Both the position numbers and the translations under genes were made by a program. Shown here one piece after another: positions 1 through 8,853 of a DNA stretch of 62,426 nucleotides. The notes under the pieces were generated by a model. That model ran no database searches and was not told the DNA's origin. It worked only from the letters and a program-made list of their open reading frames with translations. Numbering within the stretch: the first letter of the stretch is position 1; each line of letters opens with the position of its first letter. The DNA comes from an uncultured Clostridia bacterium (GTDB lineage: Bacteria > Bacillota > Clostridia > Oscillospirales > UBA644): positions 1 through 62,426 of the forward strand of contig CALWNV010000002.1 in NCBI GenBank assembly GCA_944382895.1. Direction: 5' to 3'.

Positions 1-306
1 CTGCCCCCCGACTGCAATTATTCGCTTAACATAAAGTTTTTCATTGGTCACCGCTGCATTCACGCTTTCCAGATCAGGCTGGAACACCACAATATCTCCG
101 GGTTTAGGCGTATAAAATAAGTCAGTAACAATATATCGGTCATTCGGATGCATGGTGCTTACCATGGAAGTCCCCGTGACGTACCCCATGCGAAAAAGTA
201 AGGTAAGGATCAAAACAGCTGCAACAACAGCGCACACCAAAGCCTCAATTATATCAAAAAAACCTGAGACAAATTTCTTTTTTATTTCATTTTGCTCCGT
301 AAGCAT
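1..306 (-). CDS. lepB: signal peptidase I, N-terminal part (the gene continues past the left window edge)
   Basis: Not in the ORF track because the window edge truncates it. My own minus-strand translation from the ATG at 306 gives MLTEQNEIKKKFVSGFFDIIEALVCAVVAAVLILTLLFRMGYVTGTSMVSTMHPNDRYIVTDLFYTPKPGDIVVFQPDLESVNAAVTNEKLYVKRIIAVGGQ. It has a TM anchor, a GTSM serine box and a KRIIAVGG lysine box. A GAAGGGG Shine-Dalgarno lies 8 nt upstream. Confidence 0.75.
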   Translation of the reverse strand, partial: MLTEQNEIKKKFVSGFFDIIEALVCAVVAAVLILTLLFRMGYVTGTSMVSTMHPNDRYIVTDLFYTPKPGDIVVFQPDLESVNAAVTNEKLYVKRIIAVGGQ

Positions 307-380
307 ATGAAAAACCCCTTCATCAAAATATTTCTAAAACAATAAATCTGCCGGGGATATCTTTATATTAATTCAATATC

Positions 381-418
381 AAAAAACAGGGGCCGTCGAA
401 TATACTCCGACAGCCCCC
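381..418 (-). terminator. intrinsic terminator downstream of rplS
   Basis: Minus-strand RNA GGGGCUGUCG-gaguauauu-CGACGGCCCC forms a 10 bp stem with one G-U pair. It is followed by UGUUUUUUGAUAUU and lies 15 nt after the rplS stop. Confidence 0.7.
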
Positions 419-432
419 TCTCTTCTTTACGG

Positions 433-777
433 TTACAGAAGTTCCTTAACCCTGGCCGCTTTACCTACACGATTACGCAAATAATACAATTTGGCGCGGC
501 GAACCTTACCTTTTCTGACAACCTCGACCTTTTCAATGTTGGGAGAGTTGACGGGAAATGTTCTTTCAACGCCTATACCATACGATACGCGTCTTACCGT
601 TACAGTTTCGGAAACGCCTCCATGCTTTTTAGCAATTACCGTACCTTCAAAAACCTGAACCCTTTCTCGCGAACCCTCTTTGATTTTTACGTGCACCCTG
701 ACCGTGCTCCCAATATCAAAGCACAACGGCTCGGCTTTTAACTGGTCTTTTGTAAAATCCGCAATAATATTTTGCAT
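433..777 (-). CDS. rplS: 50S ribosomal protein L19
   Basis: 114 aa. The full-length sequence is recognisable as L19 ([29 protein letters not shown]...RRAKLYYLR). Confidence 0.97.
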   Translation of the reverse strand: MQNIIADFTKDQLKAEPLCFDIGSTVRVHVKIKEGSRERVQVFEGTVIAKKHGGVSETVTVRRVSYGIGVERTFPVNSPNIEKVEVVRKGKVRRAKLYYLRNRVGKAARVKELL

Positions 778-868
778 TTTCTCAATTCCTCCCGAAATAC
801 CATTTCAAGATATAAAAGGGTGTTCGTGCTGAGAATGCAGAGGACCGCCCCTAAAATCAAGCTATATG

Positions 869-897
869 ATTATACCATATCTTCACATAAAAAGCAA
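869..897 (-). promoter_or_regulatory. sigma-A type promoter for rplS
   Basis: Minus strand reads TTGCTT-17 nt-TATAAT with an extended TG (TGgTATAAT). This leaves a roughly 85 nt leader before the rplS ATG. Confidence 0.6.
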
Positions 898-1038
898 TAC
901 CGGAAATTTTAACATTTTTACGAACTCTGGCTTCTCTTTATAAAATAAATACTGTGTACAACAGATACAGATTTCTACCCGTTACGGTATCCGCATTATA
1001 CAAACAACGTTTTCGCAAAACCGAAAACCATAATAACT

Positions 1039-1079
1039 AAACAGAGACATCTTCCTCTGAACGGAAGACATCTCTGTTT
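1039..1079 (-). terminator. hairpin terminator after the cytidylate-kinase-like gene
   Basis: 17 nt inverted arms AAACAGAGAcaTCTTCC / GGAAGAcaTCTCTGTTT with a 2 nt internal mismatch. A U-rich tail (UUUAGUUAUU) follows on the minus strand. Confidence 0.55.
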
Positions 1080-1109
1080 AAAGAGGAGAAAATGAAAAAC
1101 TATCAAAAT

Positions 1110-1742
1110 TTATCCAAAAAGAGTTTCAATATAATTTTTAAGAACTTCAACCGATTTATCAGGCCCTAAAATCCCTGTGTTCAGGGAAATGCCGTAAGTG
1201 TCAGTATCTCCCCACGTCCTGTTTGTATGAAAATTATAATAACTTGCTCGTTTTTTATCTGTTTTCTTAACGATATCCGCCGCTTTATCCGGTGAAACGT
1301 TATATTCCTTGATCGCCCGCTGTACACGATAATCAAAATCAGCGAATAAAAAAATATTTGCCACATCTTTACGGTTACGTAAAACATAGTCTGCACAACG
1401 TCCGACAATCACACATGAATGTTTCTCTGCGAGCTCCGCTATCAGATCTGCCTGCAGCTGAAAGACTTTGTCATTAAGAGGCATGGAAATATCGCCCCAG
1501 TAAGAATAGCTTCCGTCCATTCCGTATGCACCCATCGCAAGCGAATAGAGAAGGCTGTTCGTAGGACGCTCATCGACGCTTTCAAAAATCTTTTCATTCA
1601 TGCCGTTCTTTTTTGCGGCAAGGGTTATAAGCTCCTTATCATAAAATGCTATGCCTAAACTCTCCGCTAAAGCCTTGCCGATAAGCCTGCCGCCGCTTCC
1701 GTACTGTCTTGCCACGGTTACAACATATTTTTTCTCAGACAT
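1110..1742 (-). CDS. cytidylate kinase-like family protein (AAA/P-loop, Cytidylate_kin2 type)
   Basis: 210 aa. The N-terminus VTVARQYGSGGRLIGKALAESLGIAFYDKELI is typical of this family. Confidence 0.75.
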   Translation of the reverse strand: MSEKKYVVTVARQYGSGGRLIGKALAESLGIAFYDKELITLAAKKNGMNEKIFESVDERPTNSLLYSLAMGAYGMDGSYSYWGDISMPLNDKVFQLQADLIAELAEKHSCVIVGRCADYVLRNRKDVANIFLFADFDYRVQRAIKEYNVSPDKAADIVKKTDKKRASYYNFHTNRTWGDTDTYGISLNTGILGPDKSVEVLKNYIETLFG

Positions 1743-1798
1743 AAAAGCTTCCTTCTTTAATTTTTATATAAATATTATATCATAAAAACAACTAAATG

Positions 1799-3838
1799 TC
1801 AATCCTTTTTTGCTTTTTCGCAATCTTCGCAAAAGATTTTGCAAAGATTTCCGTTTGAAAGGGTCTGAACAAATTCATAATTTTTTACATTCATCCCGTT
1901 CAAATAAATCTCACCGGTGAATTCTTTCGGAATATACACAAACAAAGGAAGCCCTGCTTCCGCAACGGAAAAAATCTTCAGAACTCCGTCCTCATATTTC
2001 TCACAGACACTTCCGCACCCCAAATATATATTTTCGTTGCAATAAACAAAAAACGGATGAGATTCTATCTTTTTGATACAAAGAGCCCGACACTCATGCG
2101 GATTTATACCTTTACAGACATACTGCGATTCATATTCACCAAGAAAAGCTCCTGTATGACAGTCCGTTACCAAAGCTCTGCCATCAAAACTCACAACCTT
2201 ATCAACAGAAGTTTTGCCATCCCAATTATAAAGAGCATGAATCTCTGTCTTTGTGCTCTTTTCGTCAACATCTATAACAGTGTGCGTAGAATACGGATAC
2301 TCAAAAAAATCAACAGGCCGCGCAGCCTTCCCATAAGGAGGAATGATATTCCGAAAAATACTTTTCCGAGCATCAGAAAGGTCCGACATTATGTCGTTTA
2401 TCAGAATATGACCTCCGCTGAAAGCGACCGCCGTCGCCCTCGTCAAAGCTTCTTCTTCTGTCAAATGAAGCCCGTCATCGCCCCATCCGTACTCGCGGGT
2501 AAGCAATGCGTCCGGGTCGTTAATGAAAACTTTTCCGTGATAAGGGCTCCGGTATATCGCATTTTGACAGTCAAGCACAAGTATCAGCCATCCGTCAGGT
2601 CTTCCCGGGGTTCCTGCGCCACCCCACACAATATCCGGAGACGTACGTATGGCATCAAAAATTCCGGCGCTTTCTCCTATAGGAGCTCCGCATGCAAGCA
2701 AAAAAACATCCTCGCCAACGGCCTCTCTGATGGCTTTTATAAATTTTTTATATACTGCGACACTGTAATCGGTCTCATAAAACACAAGACTTTCTCCGTT
2801 ACCCATGCGGCAAAGGGTATTAACCAGAAAATCAACCTTGAAATATATTGCGCCATATTCACTGTTGCTGCGCAAAAACGCCTCTTTTGTTTTATCAACA
2901 ATCTCTGTGGCTGAAATATCCAAAGGAAAAACGTTCCCGAAACTACTTATCAACTCCCCGTTAGGGCGGTTGATATATTTTTCATATGTTTTGAAATTTT
3001 CCGTATCAGCGCTTATAAGACCGGCGCTCATCCATAAACCCAAAGAAAGACCTCTCGCTTTGAGTTTCGCGCACAGATCTTTCATTCCTGCAGGGAAGGA
3101 ATCTTTGTTTGAATCCCATTTTATATCAAAGGAAGTTGAGTTTTGCCACCCGTCATCCACCTGAATAAGGGATGCTCCTCTGTCTGCAAATTCCCGGGAT
3201 ATAATCTCGGCGTTGGTGAGTATTTTTTCCTCATCTATCCCGTTCGCATAACAAGACCATGACGACCATCCACAGGGCACAGCTTTCATTTTACATATCC
3301 CTAATCTGTCACGGAGAAGTGCCGTATAACTTTCAAAAAATGAAAGAGCCTCGCTTCCTTCATTCAAAATAATCCGTTCCAGAACATAACGCTCCCCTTT
3401 TTTAACTTTTTTACCCTCAAGAGACCAGCCTATGTTCAAAACACCCTTATCAAACATAAAAAACGTATAGAAACGGTTAAAGGTGGAAAACGCTGCGTTA
3501 AACGTATATAAGCCGCTTTTAAGCATAAAAATATCTCGTCCCGAACCCATTCCCGTGTCTGGATTATCCGCCCGAACAATACGGGCAAAAGAATTAGTAC
3601 TTATCCCTGATTGATAATAATATGTATCTTCAGCTTTAAGCCCGTTTTCGGCAATATCAAAAATAAGATAAAAAAAATCTAAAGAGATATCCCTGTGCGG
3701 AACAAAAGAAAGTTCGTATTCATCGCAAATCTCTGTTTTTTTTACCGAAAAATCAATATCGGCAATACTAAAATTTTCTCCGGTAAATAAAGAGGTATAA
3801 ACCTCCCCCTCTGAATACAAACTGCTTTTTATTCTCAT
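1799..3838 (-). CDS. alpha-galactosidase-like glycoside hydrolase (GH36/clan D)
   Basis: 679 aa. It carries CGWSSWSCY, IQVDDGWQ and YFKVDF (K-x-D nucleophile context) motifs, as in melibiase/GH36 enzymes. Confidence 0.6.
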   Translation of the reverse strand: MRIKSSLYSEGEVYTSLFTGENFSIADIDFSVKKTEICDEYELSFVPHRDISLDFFYLIFDIAENGLKAEDTYYYQSGISTNSFARIVRADNPDTGMGSGRDIFMLKSGLYTFNAAFSTFNRFYTFFMFDKGVLNIGWSLEGKKVKKGERYVLERIILNEGSEALSFFESYTALLRDRLGICKMKAVPCGWSSWSCYANGIDEEKILTNAEIISREFADRGASLIQVDDGWQNSTSFDIKWDSNKDSFPAGMKDLCAKLKARGLSLGLWMSAGLISADTENFKTYEKYINRPNGELISSFGNVFPLDISATEIVDKTKEAFLRSNSEYGAIYFKVDFLVNTLCRMGNGESLVFYETDYSVAVYKKFIKAIREAVGEDVFLLACGAPIGESAGIFDAIRTSPDIVWGGAGTPGRPDGWLILVLDCQNAIYRSPYHGKVFINDPDALLTREYGWGDDGLHLTEEEALTRATAVAFSGGHILINDIMSDLSDARKSIFRNIIPPYGKAARPVDFFEYPYSTHTVIDVDEKSTKTEIHALYNWDGKTSVDKVVSFDGRALVTDCHTGAFLGEYESQYVCKGINPHECRALCIKKIESHPFFVYCNENIYLGCGSVCEKYEDGVLKIFSVAEAGLPLFVYIPKEFTGEIYLNGMNVKNYEFVQTLSNGNLCKIFCEDCEKAKKD

Positions 3839-3866
3839 AGACTATTCTCCTTAAAAAATTAAAAAA

Positions 3867-4121
3867 CTATAGCCATACCGTATCTTCATCTTTATACGGA
3901 TTTTTGCATTTTCTCTTTGAAACAGGCTCGTCGTCACCCATATTTTCATATTTATATCTGTAACTTTTACGCTTTCTGAGCTTTTCCGCGTCTTTTTCAA
4001 GCAATCTCATGGAAGCAAGATCTATCCTGTTCCCTTGTTTATCGGTAATAAGCCCGCAAAAGCATTGAAACCCCACTTCCGTTTCTGTCATAAGCCTTCC
4101 GCATTCCGGACAAAACTTCAT
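3867..4121 (-). CDS. small zinc-ribbon protein, function unknown
   Basis: 84 aa with CPECG...CFCG (a C4 ribbon) and a Lys/Arg/Asp-rich tail. Its ATG overlaps the stop of the upstream ORF (ATGA), which implies translational coupling. Confidence 0.5.
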   Translation of the reverse strand: MKFCPECGRLMTETEVGFQCFCGLITDKQGNRIDLASMRLLEKDAEKLRKRKSYRYKYENMGDDEPVSKRKCKNPYKDEDTVWL

Positions 4122-5206
4122 TTTTTCTCACCTTTATATATGAAACGATATCCGTTATCCGTAAGAAAAGTCTCCGCCGCGGCTTTGAATTCATAAATAC
4201 GCCGGCCTTTAACAGGAGAAACCCTGGGAAAACAAAAATATAAATTTTCAAGCGAATCCAGAGTAAGGAGCTTTTCATCTGTCTGAGCCCGGGAAACAGA
4301 AAGGAAAAGGCCCTTCCCGTCTTTTTTATAAAAAATAGTCCCTCTGTTGCCTTCAAAATCAAGAGAAATTTCGCCGTCTTCCATGTTTTCTATGCGAGCG
4401 CGGTCTTTCGCGGCGGCTTCATCCACCTGACCGAAAATCTCATCAAGATCGAGTTGGTCAAACTCTTTTTCTTCCTCGGTTTTATCTTCTTCCGTTTTTT
4501 CCGCAAACGGTTCAGGATGGTCGAGAATTATATTTCTTATCACTTTTTGTATAGGTGCCTCATCCGAAGATCTGCCTGTATATCCGCCCATATAGCAGGC
4601 AACATTTTTGCGTTTATCATAAAAAACAGGGACAATGCATCCGCTTTCAAGTTCAACAACATCCCTTGAAAGATCCTCCTCTTCCTTTCCAAGGCTGTCG
4701 CACAAAAAACATACGCAATAAGAAAGTCTGTTTTTTCTTCTGTATCCGGTTTCCGCGTCTGTTTCCGCTTTCCTTTCAAGCAAAAACTGTTTGAAATCAG
4801 TGTTTTCATCTGAAATCCACACCCCTGTGTTCCCTTTTACGGCAAGACACGGGTTTTTCTCTCCCAGCACAAAACCTTCCGCAGCAAGGATACCGTACAA
4901 AAAGTCTTTTGTAACATCTCGTCTGTTTGATGGGTAAAATCTTCTGTCAGAACGCAGCCGCTTCTCGTTTTTCACCATCGCGTCGACAATTAACATATTG
5001 TGAGTATGTTTTTTCAAGAGAAAAAGGACAACTCCCCAAAAAACCATCATGCAAATAATCGCAACCATCGTTGTATTGTTTTGATTAAGCAGCCCCGAAA
5101 ACAAAGTATTCAATAATGTAAGAAGAACAATCGGCATAAACAATAAAATTACGCATAAAACCGTATATCCGATTTCTCTTTTTCTCCATTTTTTAAGATT
5201 TTTCAT
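4118..5206 (-). CDS. membrane-anchored hypothetical protein (2 N-terminal TM helices, acidic linker, C-terminal globular domain)
   Basis: 362 aa. Hydrophobic stretches are IGYTVLCVILLFMPIVLLTLL and MVAIICMMVFWGVVLFLL. I recognise no family. Confidence 0.55.
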   Translation of the reverse strand: MKNLKKWRKREIGYTVLCVILLFMPIVLLTLLNTLFSGLLNQNNTTMVAIICMMVFWGVVLFLLKKHTHNMLIVDAMVKNEKRLRSDRRFYPSNRRDVTKDFLYGILAAEGFVLGEKNPCLAVKGNTGVWISDENTDFKQFLLERKAETDAETGYRRKNRLSYCVCFLCDSLGKEEEDLSRDVVELESGCIVPVFYDKRKNVACYMGGYTGRSSDEAPIQKVIRNIILDHPEPFAEKTEEDKTEEEKEFDQLDLDEIFGQVDEAAAKDRARIENMEDGEISLDFEGNRGTIFYKKDGKGLFLSVSRAQTDEKLLTLDSLENLYFCFPRVSPVKGRRIYEFKAAAETFLTDNGYRFIYKGEKK

Positions 5207-5285
5207 ACAAACCTCCGTATAAAAGGACCTTTCACAAAAACACGTCTTCCGATTTCACATCAAAAAGCGCGATTTGTTTTGGTCT

Positions 5286-5314
5286 ATTATAACATACTGT
5301 TAAAAAAAATTCAA
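5286..5314 (-). promoter_or_regulatory. candidate promoter of the 4118-5206 / 3867-4121 pair
   Basis: Minus strand reads TTGAAT-17 nt-TATAAT. Confidence 0.45.
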
Positions 5315-5353
5315 GACAAATCCTTTTTATAAATAAAACCCTCTTTTCAGGTC

Positions 5354-5382
5354 TGGACTTTTTAACAAAAATAGGTTATAAT
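5354..5382 (+). promoter_or_regulatory. candidate promoter of the 5401 ORF
   Basis: TGGACT-17 nt-TATAAT, followed by a GAGGTG RBS and the ATG. Confidence 0.45.
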
Positions 5383-5400
5383 ATTCAATGAGGTGAAAAA

Positions 5401-6078
5401 ATGAAACTATTTGTGCAAAACAATACAGATAGTGCAGTCGCAGCCTTTTTAAGCAAATATTTTAACTGTATTTCCGTGCCAGAAAACAGTCTTTTAGATC
5501 GTCCCGTTTCTTCCCATATCGATATGCAGATTTTTATTTTCCCGGACAAAACCGCGGTATGTGCGCCATTTTGTCTCGAATTTTATAAAAAAAACCTGCC
5601 AGATTTTACAATTTTATCTGGCGCTATGCCTCAAAGCCCGTATCCTTATGACGTCTTATACAACTGTTTTATTGCCGGGAACTGTTTGTTTTGCAATGAA
5701 CGCGCAACAGATAAAACAATTCTTTCTTACGCCCGCAAACTGGGATTAAAAATAGTTCGCGTTGCGCAGGGATACGCAAAATGCAGTACTATCATTGTTT
5801 CAAAAACAAAAATCATAACCTCAGACCCGAGCATCCGCCTTGCCGCGGAAAAAGAAGGGTTATCAGTTCTTAAAACCGTCAACGATACGGTTTTTTTGCA
5901 AGGATATGATTCAGGCTTTATCGGGGGAGCTTCTTTCGTAACCGATAATGCCCTGTTTTTTACCGGAGACATTTCAAAACATCCCGACTATGATCGAATC
6001 CTGTCTTTTTCCGAAAAAAAAGTATTTTTTATAAACAACAGGCCTTTATATGATTACGGAAACATAAACCCGGTGTAA
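5401..6078 (+). CDS. conserved-looking hypothetical protein
   Basis: 225 aa with a good RBS (GAGGTGaaaaaATG). Motifs are SSHIDMQIF, VAQGYAKCS and SGFIGGASF. I cannot assign a family. Confidence 0.6.
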   Translation: MKLFVQNNTDSAVAAFLSKYFNCISVPENSLLDRPVSSHIDMQIFIFPDKTAVCAPFCLEFYKKNLPDFTILSGAMPQSPYPYDVLYNCFIAGNCLFCNERATDKTILSYARKLGLKIVRVAQGYAKCSTIIVSKTKIITSDPSIRLAAEKEGLSVLKTVNDTVFLQGYDSGFIGGASFVTDNALFFTGDISKHPDYDRILSFSEKKVFFINNRPLYDYGNINPV

Positions 6079-6094
6079 AGCATATACTATACTG

Positions 6095-6763
6095 GTGATT
6101 ATTATGCGAAAAGCAAAACTTTCGCCTAAAGGCAAGCTGTTTTTTTCCGTGATCCTGTTTATTTTGATAATTATTCTGGTTTTTTATTATTATGATGCAA
6201 AAATGAGCCCTATCATAAAAGATATGGCTCTTTCAAAAGCCGAAGATTTTGCTACAGAAATCATAAACGCCTCGGTTCTTGAAGAACTCGGGAAAGAAAA
6301 TCTTTCATATGATGAAATAATAACTCTTGAAAAAACCGATCAGGGATTTATATCTGCAGTCAAAACAAACTCCGCAACAGTTAACAGAATAAAAGCGGAC
6401 ATCGCGCTTGCCGTCATGCATGACTCGGTGATGTTGGAAGAAGAAAGCATCGAAATCCCCATAGGAAGTTTGACCGACATTGAGTTTCTTGCCGGACGCG
6501 GACCTAAAATATCGGTAAAGATCGTTCCTCTGGGCAATGTTTTTGTAAATATAAACCAAGAATTTATTCCCTCGGGAATAAACCAAACACTGCACAGGAT
6601 CATGCTTGAAGTCATTGTCGAAGCGGATCTTGTCTTTCCCACTGAGACCGAAACCGCTTCCTATAAAAGCACCTTCATTTTATCGGAAACGATAATCGTA
6701 GGGGATGTCCCTAACGTTTATGCAGACATAGGAGCTTTTGCAACAGAGGGCGGCAATAAATAA
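6095..6763 (+). CDS. yunB: sporulation protein YunB
   Basis: 222 aa with an N-terminal TM helix. EIPIGSL...GRGPKISVKIVPLG...INQTLHRIMLEV is YunB-like. The listed start is GTG; an alternative ATG lies at 6104. Confidence 0.7.
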   Translation: MIIMRKAKLSPKGKLFFSVILFILIIILVFYYYDAKMSPIIKDMALSKAEDFATEIINASVLEELGKENLSYDEIITLEKTDQGFISAVKTNSATVNRIKADIALAVMHDSVMLEEESIEIPIGSLTDIEFLAGRGPKISVKIVPLGNVFVNINQEFIPSGINQTLHRIMLEVIVEADLVFPTETETASYKSTFILSETIIVGDVPNVYADIGAFATEGGNK

Positions 6764-6771
6764 TAATTGAG

Positions 6772-8769
6772 ATGAGAGAGGGAAAAATGGACATCAAGAA
6801 AAAAATCAAGGCTCTTACGGACAAGCTTTTAGAATATTCCGAAAAATATTATACCTATGATTCTCCGGAAATCACTGACTTCGAATATGATAGGCTTTCA
6901 AGAGAACTTTCGGAACTTGAAAAGCAATATCCTATGTATGCCCTTCCATATTCACCTACCCAACGCGTAGGAGGACAAATCCTGCAGGGCTTCGAGGAAG
7001 TTGTTCACGAAGTCGAAATGGAAAGCCTTCAAGACGCTTTTTCATACGAGGAACTTGAAGCATTTGACAAGCGAGTTAAAAACGTATTCCCAGACGCTGA
7101 ATATGTGACCGAACTTAAAATAGACGGGCTTTCGGTTTCTCTCACATATGAAAACGGAATACTTACACGCGCAGCCACCAGAGGCGACGGCAAAATAGGA
7201 GAAAATGTGACCGCCAACATAAAAACCATTGCCTCTGTCCCACTCAAACTTTCCTGTCCCGTAAAAAAACTCATTGTCCGCGGCGAGGTATATATGCCGA
7301 GAAAAGCTTTTGAAAAGCTTAATGAACAAAGAGATATGGAAGGTGAACATCCTTTCGCAAATCCGCGTAATGCCGCCGCAGGCTCCCTTAGACAGCTTGA
7401 CAGCTCGGTCACCGCGTCCAGAAATCTTGACATATTTATTTTCAACCTTCAAAAATGCGAAGATAAAAACTTTTCTACCCATAGCGAAACTTTGGACTTT
7501 CTCAAAACTCTCGGTTTTCGAGTAAGTCCGTATTATAACCGGTTCAAGACCATTCATGACGCGTTTGAAGAAATTTCCCGGCTCGGGCAACTGCGTGACA
7601 CTCTTTCCTTTGACACGGACGGCGCGGTTATAAAAACAAACGATCTTTTGATGAGAGAAAAACTTGGAAAGACAACAAAATTTCCAAAATGGGCAATTGC
7701 GTATAAATATCCTCCCGAACAAAAAGAAACAGAGATCCTCGGTATCCAAGTGAATGTAGGCAGAACTGGAGTTTTGACTCCTCTCGCCGTGTTGAATCCT
7801 GTTTTCTGCGCAGGATCCACCATTTCAAAAGCCACGCTCCATAATAAAGATTTTATCGCCGAACGAGATATCCGGATAGGAGACACAGTGATTATCCAAA
7901 AAGCGGGAGATATAATCCCGGAGGTAGTGAAAACAATAAAAGAGAAAAGACCTTCCAGCACAAAGAAATTCGAAATGCCTTCCGTCTGCCCGGCATGCGG
8001 CGAACAGGTTGTCCCGGACGAGGACAGCCCTGTTCTGCGTTGTATAAACAGTGAATGCCCGGCGCAACTGCTTAAAAACATAATACATTTTGCTGAACGA
8101 GACGCGATGAATATCGATGGTCTCGGAGAGGGAATAATCTCCCGATTTTCAGAAGAAGGTCTTATTTCTTCCGCGGCGGATCTTTACCGACTTAAAAAAG
8201 CCGATATTTCCAATCTTGAGCGATTTGGCGAAAAATCAGCGGATAATCTTCTTGTATCAATTGAAAACTCAAAAAAACAAAACCTGAATAACCTTATATA
8301 TGCTCTCGGGATCCGGCAGGTGGGACAAAAAGCATCCAAAATCCTTGCAGCCAGATTCGGGACAATAGACGCGCTTATTGCAGCAACAAAAGAAGAACTG
8401 ACTGTTATAGAAGACATTGGTCCTGTCACCGCGGGATATATCCGAGAATATTTCAGCAATAAAAAAAATCTCCATTTTATTTTTCGCCTTAAAGAGGAAG
8501 GAATCAATACGAATTATAAAAGCGATCTTAAAGATAACCGTTTTGAAGGCCTTACATTTGTTTTAACAGGGACCCTTTCAGGTTTTACACGTGACGAAGC
8601 TTCCTCCATTATTGAAAGTTTCGGGGGAAAAGTTTCTTCCTCTGTTTCCCGCAAGACCTCATTTGTCATAGCCGGAGCAGAAGCGGGCTCAAAACTGACA
8701 AAAGCGGAGAACCTCGGAGTAAAGATAATCGACGAAGCTGAGTTTTCGCGAATGATCCAAATTCAATAA
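6772..8769 (+). CDS. ligA: NAD-dependent DNA ligase
   Basis: 665 aa with the KIDGLS adenylation motif, a CPACG...C..SECPAQ zinc finger and a C-terminal BRCT domain. The start may instead be the ATG at 6787 (MDIKKK), which has a GAGAGGG RBS. Confidence 0.97.
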   Translation: MREGKMDIKKKIKALTDKLLEYSEKYYTYDSPEITDFEYDRLSRELSELEKQYPMYALPYSPTQRVGGQILQGFEEVVHEVEMESLQDAFSYEELEAFDKRVKNVFPDAEYVTELKIDGLSVSLTYENGILTRAATRGDGKIGENVTANIKTIASVPLKLSCPVKKLIVRGEVYMPRKAFEKLNEQRDMEGEHPFANPRNAAAGSLRQLDSSVTASRNLDIFIFNLQKCEDKNFSTHSETLDFLKTLGFRVSPYYNRFKTIHDAFEEISRLGQLRDTLSFDTDGAVIKTNDLLMREKLGKTTKFPKWAIAYKYPPEQKETEILGIQVNVGRTGVLTPLAVLNPVFCAGSTISKATLHNKDFIAERDIRIGDTVIIQKAGDIIPEVVKTIKEKRPSSTKKFEMPSVCPACGEQVVPDEDSPVLRCINSECPAQLLKNIIHFAERDAMNIDGLGEGIISRFSEEGLISSAADLYRLKKADISNLERFGEKSADNLLVSIENSKKQNLNNLIYALGIRQVGQKASKILAARFGTIDALIAATKEELTVIEDIGPVTAGYIREYFSNKKNLHFIFRLKEEGINTNYKSDLKDNRFEGLTFVLTGTLSGFTRDEASSIIESFGGKVSSSVSRKTSFVIAGAEAGSKLTKAENLGVKIIDEAEFSRMIQIQ

Positions 8770-8787
8770 AAATTTTATTTTATATCA

Positions 8788-8816
8788 TTTACATTTTTTT
8801 CTGTTTGTGGTATACT
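8788..8816 (+). promoter_or_regulatory. promoter of the icd-gpmI operon
   Basis: TTTACA-17 nt-TATACT with an extended TG (TGgTATACT). Confidence 0.55.
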
Positions 8817-8853
8817 TATAAACAAGTATATCACATATCACGGAGGTTGAAAA

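Noticed and set aside
2057-2914. 285 aa plus-strand ORF. The same applies to similar long ORFs at 7042-7749, 9493-10275, 10795-11502, 17997-18806, 47874-48689 and 50344-51105.
   Set aside because: All lie antisense to, or out of frame within, confidently identified genes (GH36, ligA, icd, gpmI, acn, gyrA, prfB), and their compositions are not protein-like.
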